From positions 17,608,001 to 17,672,000 of the forward strand of contig NC_043014.1 in NCBI RefSeq assembly GCF_006345805.1: DNA of 64,000 nt. The letters run 5' to 3'. This document shows, one piece after another, positions 26,931 to 41,477 of this stretch. Position 1 is the first letter of the stretch; each line of letters opens with the position of its first letter. The notes beneath the pieces are model-generated. The model ran no database searches and was not told the DNA's origin. It saw nothing but the letters and a program-made list of their open reading frames with translations. This DNA comes from Octopus sinensis. Lineage: Eukaryota. A program made the translations under genes and the position numbers.

Positions 26931-27400
26931 TAGTATGTACATATGTGTGTGTATATGTATGTATGCACGTAGATGTATATATATATATATGTATATATAT
27001 GTATGTATGTACATACACATGCATACACACATATATTTATATATACATACATATACTAGGATTCTCTCTTCAGGCAAGATAGCTTCCCAGTACCTCAACC
27101 CACATCCTTTCTCTCTCTTTCTCTCACCCTATAACTGCCATTCCACCTTGTCTCCATGCTTTTATTTATTATTTTGACATTCTTGTGCAGGGAATTTGGA
27201 ATTTGGGGCAAAGCATATTATCCACCCTACCCCCACCAACCACCCCTTCCAACCTCCCATATTCCTCTCCTCCAAGCCTGACTATGTTGTACTCGCTTAA
27301 ACCTTTATAACAACTGTCTTCTTTGTTGGATATTCATATATATTAAATATCACGCACCCACATACACACAAGCGTATATACATATATATATGTATATATA

Positions 27401-27435
<35 letters not shown>

Positions 27436-28444
27436 ATGTATGTATATATACACTCACTACATTCTCAGCAGTATATAACCAAAACATATGGGAAAGAAAA
27501 AAAGTGTGAATTTGTGCTGGGGTATATATTCCATGTATTTATTTGAGAGAGAGGGGATGGGTTGAAGCAAGACACTTTTACTGATTCACTGACTAGCTGA
27601 TGCCTCTCTATTTATCTCCATATATTATCTAAATTCATGTTAACCATAGCAACACAAACTGAACCTAGTACTTACCAGAACTATGATGCCAGATGTTGAA
27701 GTTGTGATCATCACATCTTTTAAGCTCATAGTATGTGATTTGAAGGAGCATTGACTGGTATTCCTAGCAGGTCAAACAACAATGTACAGATTCCTTTGTG
27801 ATCTCTTCGTCTCTCTCACTTTATAAGTTCATGTATATATACACTAGCGTAGCTAGAGTGTGTGCCACCTGGGGGGGCCCTTCCATTTGCTGCCTCTGGA
27901 TCCCACAAAAAAACCACATATTGCCTACAGCAGACCCAAAAGTGCTGCCCCCACCACAAGCTATGCCAGTATGTATATATATTATACATATGTATGTGTT
28001 TGTCTGTGTATATATAATATGTATGTATATCTATCTGTATGATGATAATAGTCCCTTGTAGTCCAAAATGGATGGTTCTGCAATTGTTTGTTGAACAACC
28101 TGCATAAATGGTTTGTTTACAGTGATCAAATGTTTGTGCTGTACATCAGCTCATTTCCTCCATCAGATCAACATTGCCTGAACAGGGGCTTGATGTATCA
28201 TAGGTCAAGTGTCAAGATGAGATAAAGAACACAATGGCACTACCTGGTCCGGGAATTGAAACCATGATCTCACATTTGAGAGTGCAACAACCTAACCACT
28301 AGGCTATGTGTCCTTTCACACACATATACACACATATACACACAAACACACACACACACACACATATATATAATAAATATATTATATATATATATATATA
28401 TATATAAAATAGATATAGTATATATATATATAATAAAGATATCA

Positions 28445-28800
28445 GGGACAGGAGTGGCTTGCTTACCAACCATATGGTTCTGGGCTCAGTCCCACTGTGT
28501 GGCACCTTGGGCAAGTGTCTTCAACTTATAGCCTTGTGAGTGGATTTGGTAGACAGAAACTGAAAGAAGCCTGTCGTATATATATGTGTGTGTGTTTGTT
28601 TGCCTATGTTTGTTCCCCCACCATTGCTTGACAACCAATGTTGGTGTGTTCACGTCCCCGTAACTTAGCGGTTTGGCAAAAGAGATCGATACAATAAGTA
28701 CTAGGCTTACAAAGAATAAGTACTGGGGTCGATTTGTTTAACTTAAGGTGGTGCTCCAGCATGGCCACAGTCAAATGACTGAAATAAATAAAAGAATATA
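28445..28800 (+). mobile_element. CORE-type SINE (family A)
   Basis: Full module order; partial CpG loss. Confidence 0.88.
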
Positions 28801-30554
28801 AAAATAAATAATATATATATATATATATATATAAATAATATTATATATATATATATATATATATGTAAAAAATATATATATATATAAAGATGCATATATG
28901 GATACAGGACATCACTAACAGTGCAAATAACATACGTATGAGAGATAGATACAAGACATGGACAGTAATTACAGGCCAAAATGTGTGAAATACGTAATCA
29001 ATGAGAAAAAATGGAAAACAGGACAAGGTTACACAGATGTCAGTGGTCTGTCTACTCCTCATTTCGAGCATGTGTGTGTGTATGTATATATTTGTGTGTT
29101 TGTGTTTGTACTCCTACCATTGCTTGACAACCAATGCTGGTGTGTTTATGTCCCTGTAACTTAGCAGTTCAGCAAAAGAGATTAATAGAATAAGTACTAG
29201 GCTTAGAAAGAATAAGTCATGGGGTCCATTTCTTCAACTAGTGTGTAGTATATATATATATATATATGTATATATATACACATGTGTGTGTGTGTCTGTG
29301 CGCATGTGTGTATTATGGTTTTGCTTGGGCATGACAATACTAGTATCCAGTTGTTAAAACTCAATATAAATATGCTTTAGATAGAGTACAAAGTATGATA
29401 TAGATTATTGGTGTTATTGATTCTAATGTAGATCATTATTACTGGATTACGTAAATCCTGTTGTCTTGTTATTCAACAATTTATCTACTTACATATACAT
29501 ATATGCATGCATGCATATGCATGTATGCGTGAATGTGTATATGTGTGTGTGTGAATGTGTGCATATGTGTGCAAAGATGTGCGTGTTTAGGAAACAAGAA
29601 CCACTGTCATGAGTTCATGTCAGAACATGATAAAATTGAAGCCATATCTAGCAGTCTCACCTCTCATACATGCCATTCACAATGACGTTTCACCCTGATT
29701 TTGAGCCTGATGGCATATTTCTAGACATTCCACTGGCCTTTGGTGTGGTGAATGTTTAAACAGGTGGTTATCCACCAAGGCCTAATTGAGTTAAGGTGTG
29801 GTCAGAGATATTGTTAAACCTTCAAACAAACTGACCTACTTGTTAATCATGATATCATGACATGTATCTCGTGTCTCAGTCTCTCTCTCTTATCTGTCTA
29901 AATATATATACATAGATATATATGTTTATAAAAGAAATGATAAAGTTGGAAAGTGGAATACATGTGGAAACCTTATTACTCACAACGATTGTTTCATTTT
30001 TGCACATCCTGCATTGGTCCCTCCCATGTGGGGAAATGTACAACTAGTTTTAGTGCATCCCTCAGAGCAGAAATGTCTCTTCAGGTGATATAATAAGGGG
30101 TAACTTGTTAAATAAAGTCTGTTTCTCACAGATTTAATACAGCCTGTTGTTTGACTATAGATATAAGCTGTTGGGCAGGTGTGGTGAGGGATAGATTCTG
30201 TTGTGAAGTTATAGATACAGACTGGGAGTAATTAAGAAAAATAAGAAGAATAAAAAGAATAAGATTAAAACATACAATAAAGTGAAGTGAAACATGTGTG
30301 TCAGTATCCAGATATAGATACTTCTATACCCACACTTTTGACCCTTTGTATACACACACTCACTCAATATGTATAGTTAAGTACAATGTGTGTGTGTACA
30401 CATTCACATGTATTAATATTTAAAATAGTTTGGTGACTTGAAGTTTCATGGGCTTCTAATAGAAACCTTGTCTTGTTCAGGCTTAGATTACACACATACA
30501 CACATATATACATCTTTCATTCTCTCACTCTCTGTCTCCATCTTCCCTCCCTGA

Positions 30555-30590
<36 letters not shown>

Positions 30591-30888
30591 CACACCTTTC
30601 TTACTTTTTATTTCTAGCCGTAATTCTTCCATGAGTTCTGCTACTTCATGTGACAGAGAGTGAAAGAGAAAGAGAGAGACAGAGGGAGAGTGTATGTTTG
30701 TGTGTGAGAATGTGTGAGTGTGTCTGCGTGTACACATATATGGGTGTATGATGTGGTGTGTGTGTGTGTGTGTGTAAAATAAACTTACAGATAACAACAC
30801 TTTTGGTCACAAACAAAAATAGCAGATTGGTTATTGACATATATATCACAGTATCACAGGATTAACCAGACCATCAGATGCTGTTATA

Positions 30889-31441
30889 TGTGGTCTGATC
30901 AATAAGTATCTGGAATGTTGCCATAGTAACGAAGCTAAAGCATGCAGAGTGAAGCTGCTTGGCACAGTGATAATGGACTGAACTGAATTGCAACTAATCT
31001 GCACATCCTCTGATAACTTACAGATGGTTATTCAATGATTTCCCCTCACAGCTGCATGCACATCTGCAATGTTTTTTCTCATTTCTGCTGGTTGCAGGTC
31101 ACCCAGAATGTTCGTCAATATTGACATTTTTTCAGCCATCTTGGAAACGTCTAAACCACGTGTGGCTCATATACTCCTCTCCATACACTTCCTACAACTT
31201 TGCATAGGTCTCTGTGCAGGTATCGACATGAACAACTTTCTCTGTCATGGTCAATATGATGATCACATGCTACACACCTTCCTTCCAAGCACTGCTGTAA
31301 GCAGCAGAAGTGAACTAGAACATCAAAACTTAGTGTGCATGTATAGCAGAGTTAAAGGTCACTCTTGGCCAAGTGGCTTCACTCTGTGTTCTTTAGCTTC
31401 ATTACTATAGCAACAGCCGGATACTTATTGATCAGACCTCA
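30889..31441 (-). mobile_element. Internally deleted mariner with about 75-bp TIRs and TA TSD
   Basis: TA|TG.GGTCTGATCAATAAGTATC.GG at both ends. Internal - strand translation EVYGEEYMS..WFRRFQDG.KNVNIDEHSG matches the mariner N-terminal HTH. Confidence 0.85.
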
Positions 31442-31776
31442 TACACTGCTTCTCACAATATGTTTCCAATTCTGTCTTGATTCTGTATTAACCCAAATTG
31501 CTTTACAAAATTATCTTCACATAATCGTGGAGGTTTTCCAAGTGGTGTTTCCTCATGCACACATATACGTATTTAATGGTCAAAACTTCAAATTCTTGTG
31601 GTAATGTCCTTACTTGTCCAGTCTTTATCTGTCCAGTCTACGATAAAGAACAACTCACATCAACATCTTCCTCTCCATCCAGATATCGAAATTACGGAAC
31701 TTTACAGATCAGAACGAACTGTAAAGAACTCATCTGAAAATATTAGCAAACTTTTACAATACAACATCTACAAATA

Positions 31777-31934
<158 letters not shown>

Positions 31935-31973
31935 TATTATATATACACACACACACACACTCACACATATATA

Positions 31974-32612
31974 CAGGGGTGTCTTAGTTGTGTTATAGCC
32001 CCCACCTCACTGCTCCCTGGCAAATCAGTGCACTGGGCCATATAGTACTTATTTACTGAGAGCAAGCCACAGTATACATACACTGATCAGAATTGGCCTC
32101 TTAGCACCATGAACAAGATATCTATGTGACACTGCTAGAGACTGTGGTCAATCCCTGGCTGGAGGGAGTTGCTGCTGGAAGGCCATATATGTGATAGTAA
32201 GATTTAGCTCCTTGCTATACCTCCAGAAAGAGTCAGAAGTGGTTGTTGAAGAATTTCTATGACTTTACCAGGCCCAATTTCTGGCCTCCTAATCCCTTCA
32301 ATTGTAATCCCATGGATTATTATGTGTTGGATACAGTTGAGAAAGAGACACTGACTGCTCTGTCTGAAACTGCAAGGCTGAGCTGGTGGCCAAGATCAAT
32401 GAGGTATTCAAATATTTTCCAAGGGACACAGTGAAGAATGCATGCATTAGGTCCAAGAACTGTCTTGAGACCTTTGTGGAAGGTGAGGGTGGCTACTTTG
32501 AGTAAACTGCTATCACTCTGCCATAATTTAGTTGATAATTTTTGATTTTGGATGGGATGTCATGTTTCCTTTTCTTTTTTTTTAAACTATCAAATTTAGC
32601 TTGAACATCCTG
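31974..32612 (+). mobile_element. Internally deleted DD37D/maT-type mariner
   Basis: TA|CAGG.GTGT ... ACATCCTG|TA ends. Internal KNFYDFTRPNFWPPNPFNCNPMDYYVLDTVEKET. Confidence 0.8.
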
Positions 32613-32616
32613 TATA

Positions 32617-32960
32617 TCATCATCATCATCGTTTAACATCTACTTTCCATGCTAGCATGGGTTGGACGATTTGACTGAAGACTGGTGAACCAGATGGCTG
32701 CACCTGGCTCCAATCTTGATCTGGCAGAGTTTCTACAGCTGGATGCTCTTCCTAATGCCAATCACCCTGAGAGTTTAGTGGGTGCTTTTATGTGCCACCT
32801 GCACGAGGGCCAGTCAGGTGGTACTGGCAATGGCCATGCTCAAATGGTGTTTTTTTTTACGTGCCACCTGCACAGGACCTTGCTTGAATGTTACTTTGTT
32901 GGGTAATTTATTGAGTGTTAAAGAAAGGCTAAGGAAGTCCAGCAGCACTGGCAACGACCT
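32617..32960 (-). mobile_element. RTE-type 3' tail ending in (ATG)n; related pieces at 42348-42500 (+), 43105-43222 (-) and 43965-44115 (-)
   Basis: Shared GGCGTTAGGAAGGGCATCCAGCTGTAGAAAC...GGACGTTAAACGATGATG. The link to RTE is inferred from 3' UTR pieces next to the RTE fragment at 38.2-38.5 kb. Confidence 0.65.
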
Positions 32961-34318
32961 CGCTTGAATGTTTTTTCACATGCCATCTATATAAATGTAT
33001 GTGTGTGTGTTTGAGTCTGTGTTGGAGCCCCACCTCTATTTGACTACTGGTATTAATTTGTTTACATCCTTGTAACTTAGAGGTTTGGCAAAAGAGACTT
33101 AAAACTGTGAGCACTGCAGTCAATTTGTTCAAGGTAATGCTGCGGCTTGGCTGTACTGAAACAAGTATAAAATAAAAGAAATAAAGGTGGTTGGTTGTGA
33201 GCTGAGTGAGACTTAGCTGTTATTTCTAGCAGATTAAAGAACCATGTAGAAGTTGGCCTATCCACTGTTTTTGGACTGATGTAGTTTTTGTTGTTGTTGA
33301 TGATGATGTATAGTCCCAATTCCACTACAACCAAGTAAATTTACATCAAATGTCACATTGTAGCCATACACACCTCAAGTTTTTTTAAGGATATCTCAGT
33401 CAACATTATCTTATGTGCCTCGCCTTTTTAAGATGACTATGTAATTTGAGAGGGATTTGACTGCTATTTTTTATTGCAGGTCACAGGAGCTGCATAGATC
33501 TCCCTCCCCACCCACACACTGCCTTGTAATTGGTTGGTTAGTTGTGTGAATATATTATTATTGTTATTTGCTGTTGTTATTTAACCATAGATCAGCCTTG
33601 TTCAAGCACATTTTTCATTAAAGTCATCCCAGCCATAATTTGTCTCAAACCTATTATAGATCCTTCTACCAGCCAGCACTTAATGCCCTTTTCATGACAT
33701 TTAAGTGACTCAGAATACAAGACTCCTCCCTGAACAGAATGCTGATCTATCACAGAGACAACCACCCTACCCTACCCCAGCTGTTGTTGGCACTCATTTT
33801 TATTTGAATAAACTGAAATAATGTGAAGTAAAGTGACCTGCTTAAGTACCCAACACATGGGCCTGTCTGAGGAGCCAACACTGAAACTACTATGCCATAT
33901 GCCTTCACATTCCAGCTATGAGCAAGCAAGATTTATTTTCTAGCATAATGTATCTAGGACTACATTATTCAATATATCCTTTTTTTAGATAGTAAGCCAT
34001 AGAGTTTGACATCAGAAGTAGGTCATTCACCGACACCCCATAGACCTAGGGCAGATGAGGCCTTTCATTCAGCTCTTTTGTTGCTCATCTCCATTCAAAT
34101 TCTTTTTGCCCCAGATTGATACAAGTTTAAAGGACAGAAAGTGGAACTTACAGTACAAACCATGCCCACTATAAAATAAATCACTGTTACTTTGTGGGGT
34201 AATTTACTGAGTGTTAAAGAAAGGCTAAGAAAGTAAACCCAAACAGAAAATACAGAGAGGGAAACCCTAAGGCAGATATGTATGATTATACTTAACCATT
34301 ATCTGGCATCCCTTGCAG

Positions 34319-34387
34319 CTCCATGGATGCTGCAAATGTATTGACTTGTCTTTCCCTTGTGGTGTATCCAGGACTGGAGAGGTCATG
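34319..34387 (+). other. Candidate 69-bp internal exon
   Basis: Branch-like CTTAAC at about 34291, acceptor CCCTTGCAG|, donor ATG|GTAAGT. Length is divisible by 3 and two frames are open. Confidence 0.45.
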
Positions 34388-35046
34388 GTAAGTGTACTTG
34401 GGATTAGTCATTTGCTTCTAGAAACAGTCCAAACAGAGCAGAGGTGGTTAAGTTACTGTCTCTGCAATTATGAAAAAGGTCAACCAAGGTTGGTAACAAT
34501 GGCTTATGTATTGTTTGTGTTTGCTGTTATTGTTGTCACTGTTTAGCCCTCAGATAACAACTCTAATAGAATAAGTCTGTAATGAAAGGCATTCCAGTCT
34601 TCACTCTCCAGTCATTTTAGGAGTACAAAAGACTGCATGATTTAGTGTGTCCTTTCTTTATTTAAGACAGTGTGATATAATTGAAGAGAGAGTTGGCTGC
34701 TATATCTAGCATGTTGAGTTTTAGCAAGAAGGCCCCATCACTGGTGCATTCAATAATTCCTTTGGGGTCTGGTTTCCTTTTGGTATGTTTGTGATTTTGC
34801 CAGTCTCTAAGGCTTCTGAAATTTTGAATTTCTTTTTGCTTTTCTGAAGTCAGATCAAAGGAAATGATCAAGTTATCGTGGGAAGGAATCCTTTGATAAT
34901 GGCCAAAATAGGTCACCTGCCTATGAAAACTCTAAAAAGGAAAAACAAAAATAAAGAGATAAAAGGGTTTTTTTGTCCTTAAGATCAAAACAGTAGTTTA
35001 ATATAACCTATGAATTTGTAAAATTAAAGATTTATTATTTTTCTCA

Positions 35047-35200
35047 GTTTGGCTAAGTGGTAAGAAGCTTACTTCCCACCATGTGGTTCCGAGTTCAGTC
35101 CCACTGCATGTTCACTTGGGCAAGTGTCTTCCACTATAGCCTTAGGCTGACCAAAGCCTTGTTGTGAGTGGATTTGGTGGATGGAAACTGAAAGGAACCT

Positions 35201-35250
<50 letters not shown>

Positions 35251-35520
35251 TATGTTTATGTGTATGTGTATGTGTCTTTATGTTTGGGTTTGCCCCACCA
35301 CCACCACCACCATCACTATTGGTTGACAACTGATGTTGGTGTGTTTACATCCCCATAACTTAGCGGTTCAGCAAAAGAGACTGATTGAATAAGTACTAGG
35401 GTTACAAACAATAAGTCCTGGGGACAATTTATTTGACTTTAAAAAAAAACCTTTAAGGCAGTGCTCCAGCATGGCTGCAGTCAAATGGCTGAAACAAGTA
35501 AAAGAATAAAAAAATAAAAG
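35047..35520 (+). mobile_element. CORE-type SINE (family A), CpG-decayed
   Basis: Full module order with CG->TG/CA changes. Confidence 0.88.
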
Positions 35521-36539
35521 AACAAAATAAAACTTAATTATTAGCAACAAAGGCAGTATTAGTACCAAAAGGTAATCTCTATTTAACATGAATGCCTTGT
35601 TTGAATACTGTGCATAAAAGTGCACATAAATTTCAGCAGATGATAACCTTCTGTCATGGGAACCAGAACTCACATATCATATGATTTCAGTCTAAATGCA
35701 GTTTAGTTGTGTTGCCGTTGTCTGTGTTGTTTTTATATCAGCATGTGTTGTATACATTCAGTTTCCATCCAATGACGATGCTTTGGAATATGTTATGATG
35801 CTTTACATTGTGTGTGCGTGTGTGTGTGTGTGTGTGTATGTTGTAGTAGAATTCTTGATGCAGTTAATAGTGCTATGTATACAGTTTCTGCATTGATGTG
35901 TTTTGCATTGCTGCTTTTTATCTTGAATACTTGTAATGCATATTTTTCTGAACAAACAAGACATGTCCCACAAAAAAACAGCCTTTATCTTTTAAACACG
36001 AAGTTGGGGTTTAAGTTACTGACAAATAGCATTTTAAGAAAGTATCTGTCAAAATTAAAATGTGACTTTTAAGCACATATGTACATACATACATATATAC
36101 ATACATATATATATACACACACACATATATATATACACATACATATATATATACACACGCACACACACACACACACACACATATATCTATATACACATAT
36201 ATATAAAATTAGTCAAGGGACATACTAAGTATGTTTACCTGCTGGAAATAACAGTCAAAACTCTTATTTAAATCTTCAATTTAGATAAGAGTTTTGACTG
36301 TTATTTCCAGCAGGTAGACATACTTTGTATGTCCTTTGATTAATTTTAATCCTTTAGCTATTTATTGCTTTTTGGGGGCCTGCAATCACCTATATTATTG
36401 ATTCTGCTATTATCATTTTAAAATTGTTACACTAGATAATAACAGAGTCAATGATATCTTTGCAAATTATTTTTTCATGAATTATTTGCTCTGTATATAT
36501 CTAACCAAGGGAGTAACAGAAAAGAAGTTTGCCTATGTT

Positions 36540-38520
36540 CAGCAACATGAAGAACTGAAGCATTTCGGGTTGCAAGACAGTGTGTGAGAGAAAATTGTAA
36601 TGTCATAAGAGAGAGATGTGTCCATGTGGATGATGGTGCACTTGCTTTTAATGATTCTGCAAAGAAAGAGGCTTGCAGATACCATTATGAATGATTGCTG
36701 AATGTGGAGAATGAATGGGAGGAGGAGGGTCTGCCAAATGTTGACCCAATTGAAGGACCAGCTACCCAAATCGACAGTCCTTAGTAGATAATGCGATTAT
36801 GGATATGAATACAAGGAAAGCCCTCGGCCCATCAAGGATCACTGCCGAGATATTTAAAATATCTGGTAGTGTGGGTTATGGTCTAGTCACCTGTATTGTA
36901 AATCAGGTGGTTCATGAAGGATGACTGGTGTAGCAGCACTATAGTCAACTGCTGCAAAGGTAAAGGTGATGTCTAAGATAGAAATAATTACAGAGGTATC
37001 AAATTGTTGGATGAGGTAATGAAAATTAGAGAGAGTCATAGCCCAACTAATTAGGAAGAGAGCTTAAATGAGATGCAGTTGATTTGTGCTGGGGAGAAAT
37101 ACCACTGATTCTATATTTCTGATAAGGTAGCTGCAGGAGAAATACATAGCTAAAGATAAACCTCTGTACTTGGCCTTTGTTGATTTGGAGAAAGCCTTTG
37201 ACAGGGTCCCCCGATTCTTTTATCTAGTGGTCAAACTAGTGATAGATGAGCAGGTAATGAGAGCTGTACAAGCTATGTACAGGAATACTACCAGTAAGGT
37301 GAGGGTTGGCAATGAGTATAGCAAAGAATTCAGAGTACAAGTTTACTAGGGATCAGTGCTCAGTCCCCCCCCCCTCTTGTTCATCATAATACTCCAGGCA
37401 ACAACAGAGGAATTTAAGACAGGCTGCCCTTGAGAGCTCCTCTACACTGATGACCTTGCTCTTATTGCTGAATTACTACCTGAACTAGAGAAGTTCCAGG
37501 TATGGAAAGATGGGCCTTAGAGTTAACCTAGCAAAAACCAAAGTCTTAGTATGTAGGAAGGCAGAGAAATCCCTTCAGATAGAAAAGGCATAGGTAGAAA
37601 CTCTATAAGATGCACCTGATGAAACCTTTGCGTACACAAAAAGATGCTGCAAAATCAGAGGAAGGTTAACAAGGAAACTAGCATTTGTATGTGGAAGATG
37701 CACAGGTACAATAAATGCTGAAAATGAGCAGAAAGTAGACTCCATCATCTGCCAAGGGGCAAGCTACAGTTAGTAGATAGCTTCTGTTTTCTAGGTGACC
37801 AAGTTAGTAGTGGAGGTGGCTGCTCCAAGAGCATAGCTGTGAGAATAAGATTAGGCTGGACAAAGTTCAGAGAGCTCCTACCTCTGCTGGCAACAAAGAG
37901 CCTCTCTCTCAAAGTAAAAGGCAGATTGTATGATGCCTGTGTGTTAACAGCTATGCTACATGGCAGTGAAACATGGGCTGTGACAGCTGAGGACATGAGT
38001 AGGCTTGAAAGAAATGAAGCCAGTATGCTTCACTGGATGTGCAATGTCAGTGTGCATGTTCGACAGAGTGTAAGCACCGTGAGAGAAAAGTTAGGCATAA
38101 GAGGCATCAGATGTGTGCAAGAGAGACCATTACACTGGTATGGTCATGTGATGCATATGGACAAGGACAGCTGTGTTAAGAGGTGCCGATCTCTAACTGT
38201 TGAGGGAACCTGTGGTAGAGGTAGACCCAGATCTTCAAACATTGAGTCTCACAGAGGCAATGATTAGTGAGTGAGACCTTTGGCATCGCTGTGCTTGAGA
38301 AGACCCATCAAGCCAAATGAAATTGTAGTCATGGCTGATGCTGGTGTCACATAACTGGCACCTGTGCCTTTTGGTATGTAAAGAACATATTTCAAGTGTT
38401 GGGCCTCATGGAGGCAAACTGATTGAGTTCCTTTTGAGTGTTGGCATTCACAGGCAATGACTGAGACCTTTAGTATTATGTTGTGCTTGAGAAGAAAACT
38501 CATCAGGTCAAGCAAAATCA
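36540..38520 (+). mobile_element. 5'-truncated degenerate RTE-clade LINE (RT region plus 3' UTR pieces)
   Basis: NNYRGIKLL, AFVDLEKAFDRVP, LYTDDLAL, F.FLGD, RIRLGWTKFRELLPLL, LYDACVLTAMLHGSETW, GRGRPR motifs with frameshifts. Confidence 0.9.
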
Positions 38521-38529
38521 CAGTTGTGG

Positions 38530-38885
38530 AAGATATTCAGTCCCACTCCATAGTACATTAGGTGTCTTCCACTGTAGACTCAGGCTGACCACATCCTTGT
38601 GAGTGAATTTAGTAGATGGAAACTGAAAGAAGCTAGTCACACACACACACACACATTTATGTGTGTGTGTCTTTGTTTCCCCACCATCCCTTGACAACCA
38701 ATGTTGGCGTGTTTATGTTTCTTTAACTTAGCATTCAACTTAAGAGACCAATAGAATAAGTACTAGGCTTACAAAGAATAAGTCCTGGAGGCGATTTCTT
38801 TGACTAAAAACCCCCCGTTTAACGTGGTGCACCAGCATGGCCGCAGTCAAGTGACTGAAACAAGTCAAAATAAAACAAAAACAAA
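38530..38885 (+). mobile_element. CORE-type SINE (family A)
   Basis: Body and tail match the family. Confidence 0.8.
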
Positions 38886-38979
38886 TAAAAGACCCGGGGG
38901 GGGGGGCTAATCAACAATAAAAACAATAGACAAGAAAACTATTCCCACACCTTCCCAACATGTACATTCCCTTCCCATC

Positions 38980-39660
38980 AACAACAGACAACAACAACAA
39001 CAACAGCAACAGGACAGTCTTAAACCATTTAACAAGTTTCAAATGAACAAGGAAACAGACAGAATTTCACCTCCACCCTACACCCATCCGAAAATCAGAA
39101 TTAACCTTTACAAAAAAACGTTCCTACTCCAACACTACTACCACCACATGAACAACAGCTGCAACCACCAACACCAACATTATACTACCACTAACATCAT
39201 AATCTTTACCACCACCACTACCGCCGCAGCATTAATTACCACGAACTATCTTTATCACTACCATCAAGGATATTTGTGATCATAATCATGACTATTACTA
39301 CCAATAATACAACCATCACCACCACCACCAACAACAACAACGTCGACAACAACAACAACAGGAACATCACTACCAGAGGCATAACCTGTATAATAGCCAT
39401 CTCTCTACCAACAACTGCTTACCATCAAAACACACAACCATGAGTAACACCACTACCATTATTAGCCCCATCTCCACTATCAGGATCACTGCTATGACCA
39501 CAACCATTACCATCACTGCTGCCGCCACCACTACCACCATCACAACCACAGGTGCCACCAGAGTCTCCACCAACACAACTACCACTGTCACCACTGCCAC
39601 CGCCACCATAACCTCTACAAACACAACCATCTCAGCACAATCATCTACCCTCCTGGGCCA
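38980..39660. repeat. Degenerate (CAC/AAC)n low-complexity tract
   Basis: Trinucleotide-derived A/C-rich run. Confidence 0.8.
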
Positions 39661-40097
39661 CAACTCTCAGTATTGCACACACAGAACAGGAGAAAAAATG
39701 TCAAAAGCTTAACTAAAGGAATGAAAAGGCTAAAAAGTAGGTTAACCATGGAAGAAAGGAAAAGATGCCTTGTCTGTTATATATATATTTAATGTTATAT
39801 TTAGGCAGGTCTCTTTTGAAAATGCTAATAGAATTTTCATTAACAGATTAGTATTATTAATATCTGTAATAACACTTATTTTTTTCTGAAATTAGTATTA
39901 TTATTAATGCTATCCAAATGGCTTTGTTTATGTACTGTGTCAGACTGTATTTATCATCATGTTGTGTATTTGATACTTTTCCACCCAGACACTGCTAGTA
40001 ATAAATAGATGTTTTCAACTTCTGTCTGTATTTCCCACCCATTGACTCCATATATACATGTGCGTGCCCACGCGTGTGTGAGCCAATGCTTGCTTAT

Positions 40098-40227
40098 AGG
40101 TGCGGGCATGGCTGTGTGGTTCTGTCCCACTTGGGCAAGTGTCTTCTACTACCGGCTCAAGCAGACCAAAGTCTTGTGAGTGGATTTGGCAGGCAGAAAC
40201 GGAAAGAAGCCCACCATATATGTATAC

Positions 40228-40295
<68 letters not shown>

Positions 40296-40435
40296 CTATC
40301 TTTGTCCCACCACCACCTCCACTTGACAACTGGTGTTGGTGTGTTTACAACCCCGTAACTTAGCAGTTCAGCAAAAGAGATCGATGAAATAAATTCCAGT
40401 GTTAAAAAAAGAAATACTGGGGTTGATTTGTCATT
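40098..40435 (+). mobile_element. CORE-type SINE (family A)
   Basis: Head, CORE-like block, microsatellite and tail. Confidence 0.85.
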
Positions 40436-40444
40436 TAATAAAAG

Positions 40445-40655
40445 AAGGCAGCGAGCTGGCAGAAACGTTAGCACTCCGGGCGAAATACTTAGTGCTATTT
40501 CACCTGTCTTTACATCCTGAGTTCAAATTCTGCTGATGTTGACTTTGCCTTTGGAGTCGATAAATTAAATACCAGATGTGTATTGGGGTTGATCTAATCA
40601 ACTGGCTCTCTCCTCAAAAATTCTGGGCCTTGTGCCTAGCGTGGAAAAGAATAAA
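40445..40655 (+). mobile_element. SINE family B (tail type 1)
   Basis: GGCAGCGAGCTGGCAGAAACGTTAGCAC head; tail GGCCTTGTGCCTAG. Confidence 0.85.
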
Positions 40656-41477
40656 AGAACTGGCTTATTTGTCTGCAGATAAAAGGACAGTCATGGACAT
40701 GTTTTGGTTTAGTAACTTTTGTCAGGACGACAAATTTCTGACCTTATCTCCAGTAGCAGAGAGATTTAGCCCCATTTGAGTAGAACACATTTATGGCCTT
40801 TGTGTGTGTGAGTGGTTTTTGTCGGCTAAATTCTATTCATATTGGTCAATGTGAAAGCTGTAGTTGAAGACATGTCCAAGTTTCCACACAGATTGAAAGA
40901 GAAGCAACTGAGATGCAAATTGTTCTTCTTAATTAACTGTTGAAGCATGATTGTAGAAATATGCATATACATTCACACACACATTCACACAAATTTGCAA
41001 AAAAAAATTTTTAGAAACTAGAAATACCAGAGAGTCAAGACTATTGAAAAGGTTGCAAGGTGCAACGAAAATTTTAGGAAAAAAAAAAAGAAATAAGTGG
41101 AAATTTTACTGATGATTATGTTAAATTATAAGGCACAAAAAGGAAATGACTCTCCCCAGACACAATAGAAATACCAGATTTCATGGAGAAAGGGCAAAAG
41201 AAAATGGCATAGATTCTCCAATCCAATCTATTAGTGGCACAGTGAAAATTTGTAAGACATTCCCAAAATTCTTCATCTGAGATTCTTTTGTGAATAGATG
41301 CACACACTTGGGTTTATGCATCAACATTTCAACTAACACACCAGCTAAACCAGGTATTTACAAACACTGGGAACTCTCTTGACTTAAAAAGTCATGTCAC
41401 TTTGTTAGTGACCAGCTTGAACTCTCTCAAAAGCTTGCATAAAGTTCAAAAAATCATACATACATTCATACATACTT

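Noticed and set aside
39043-39712. Thr/His-rich ORFs resembling a mucin
   Set aside because: Degenerate (CAC/AAC)n tract with no convincing splice signals or domain.
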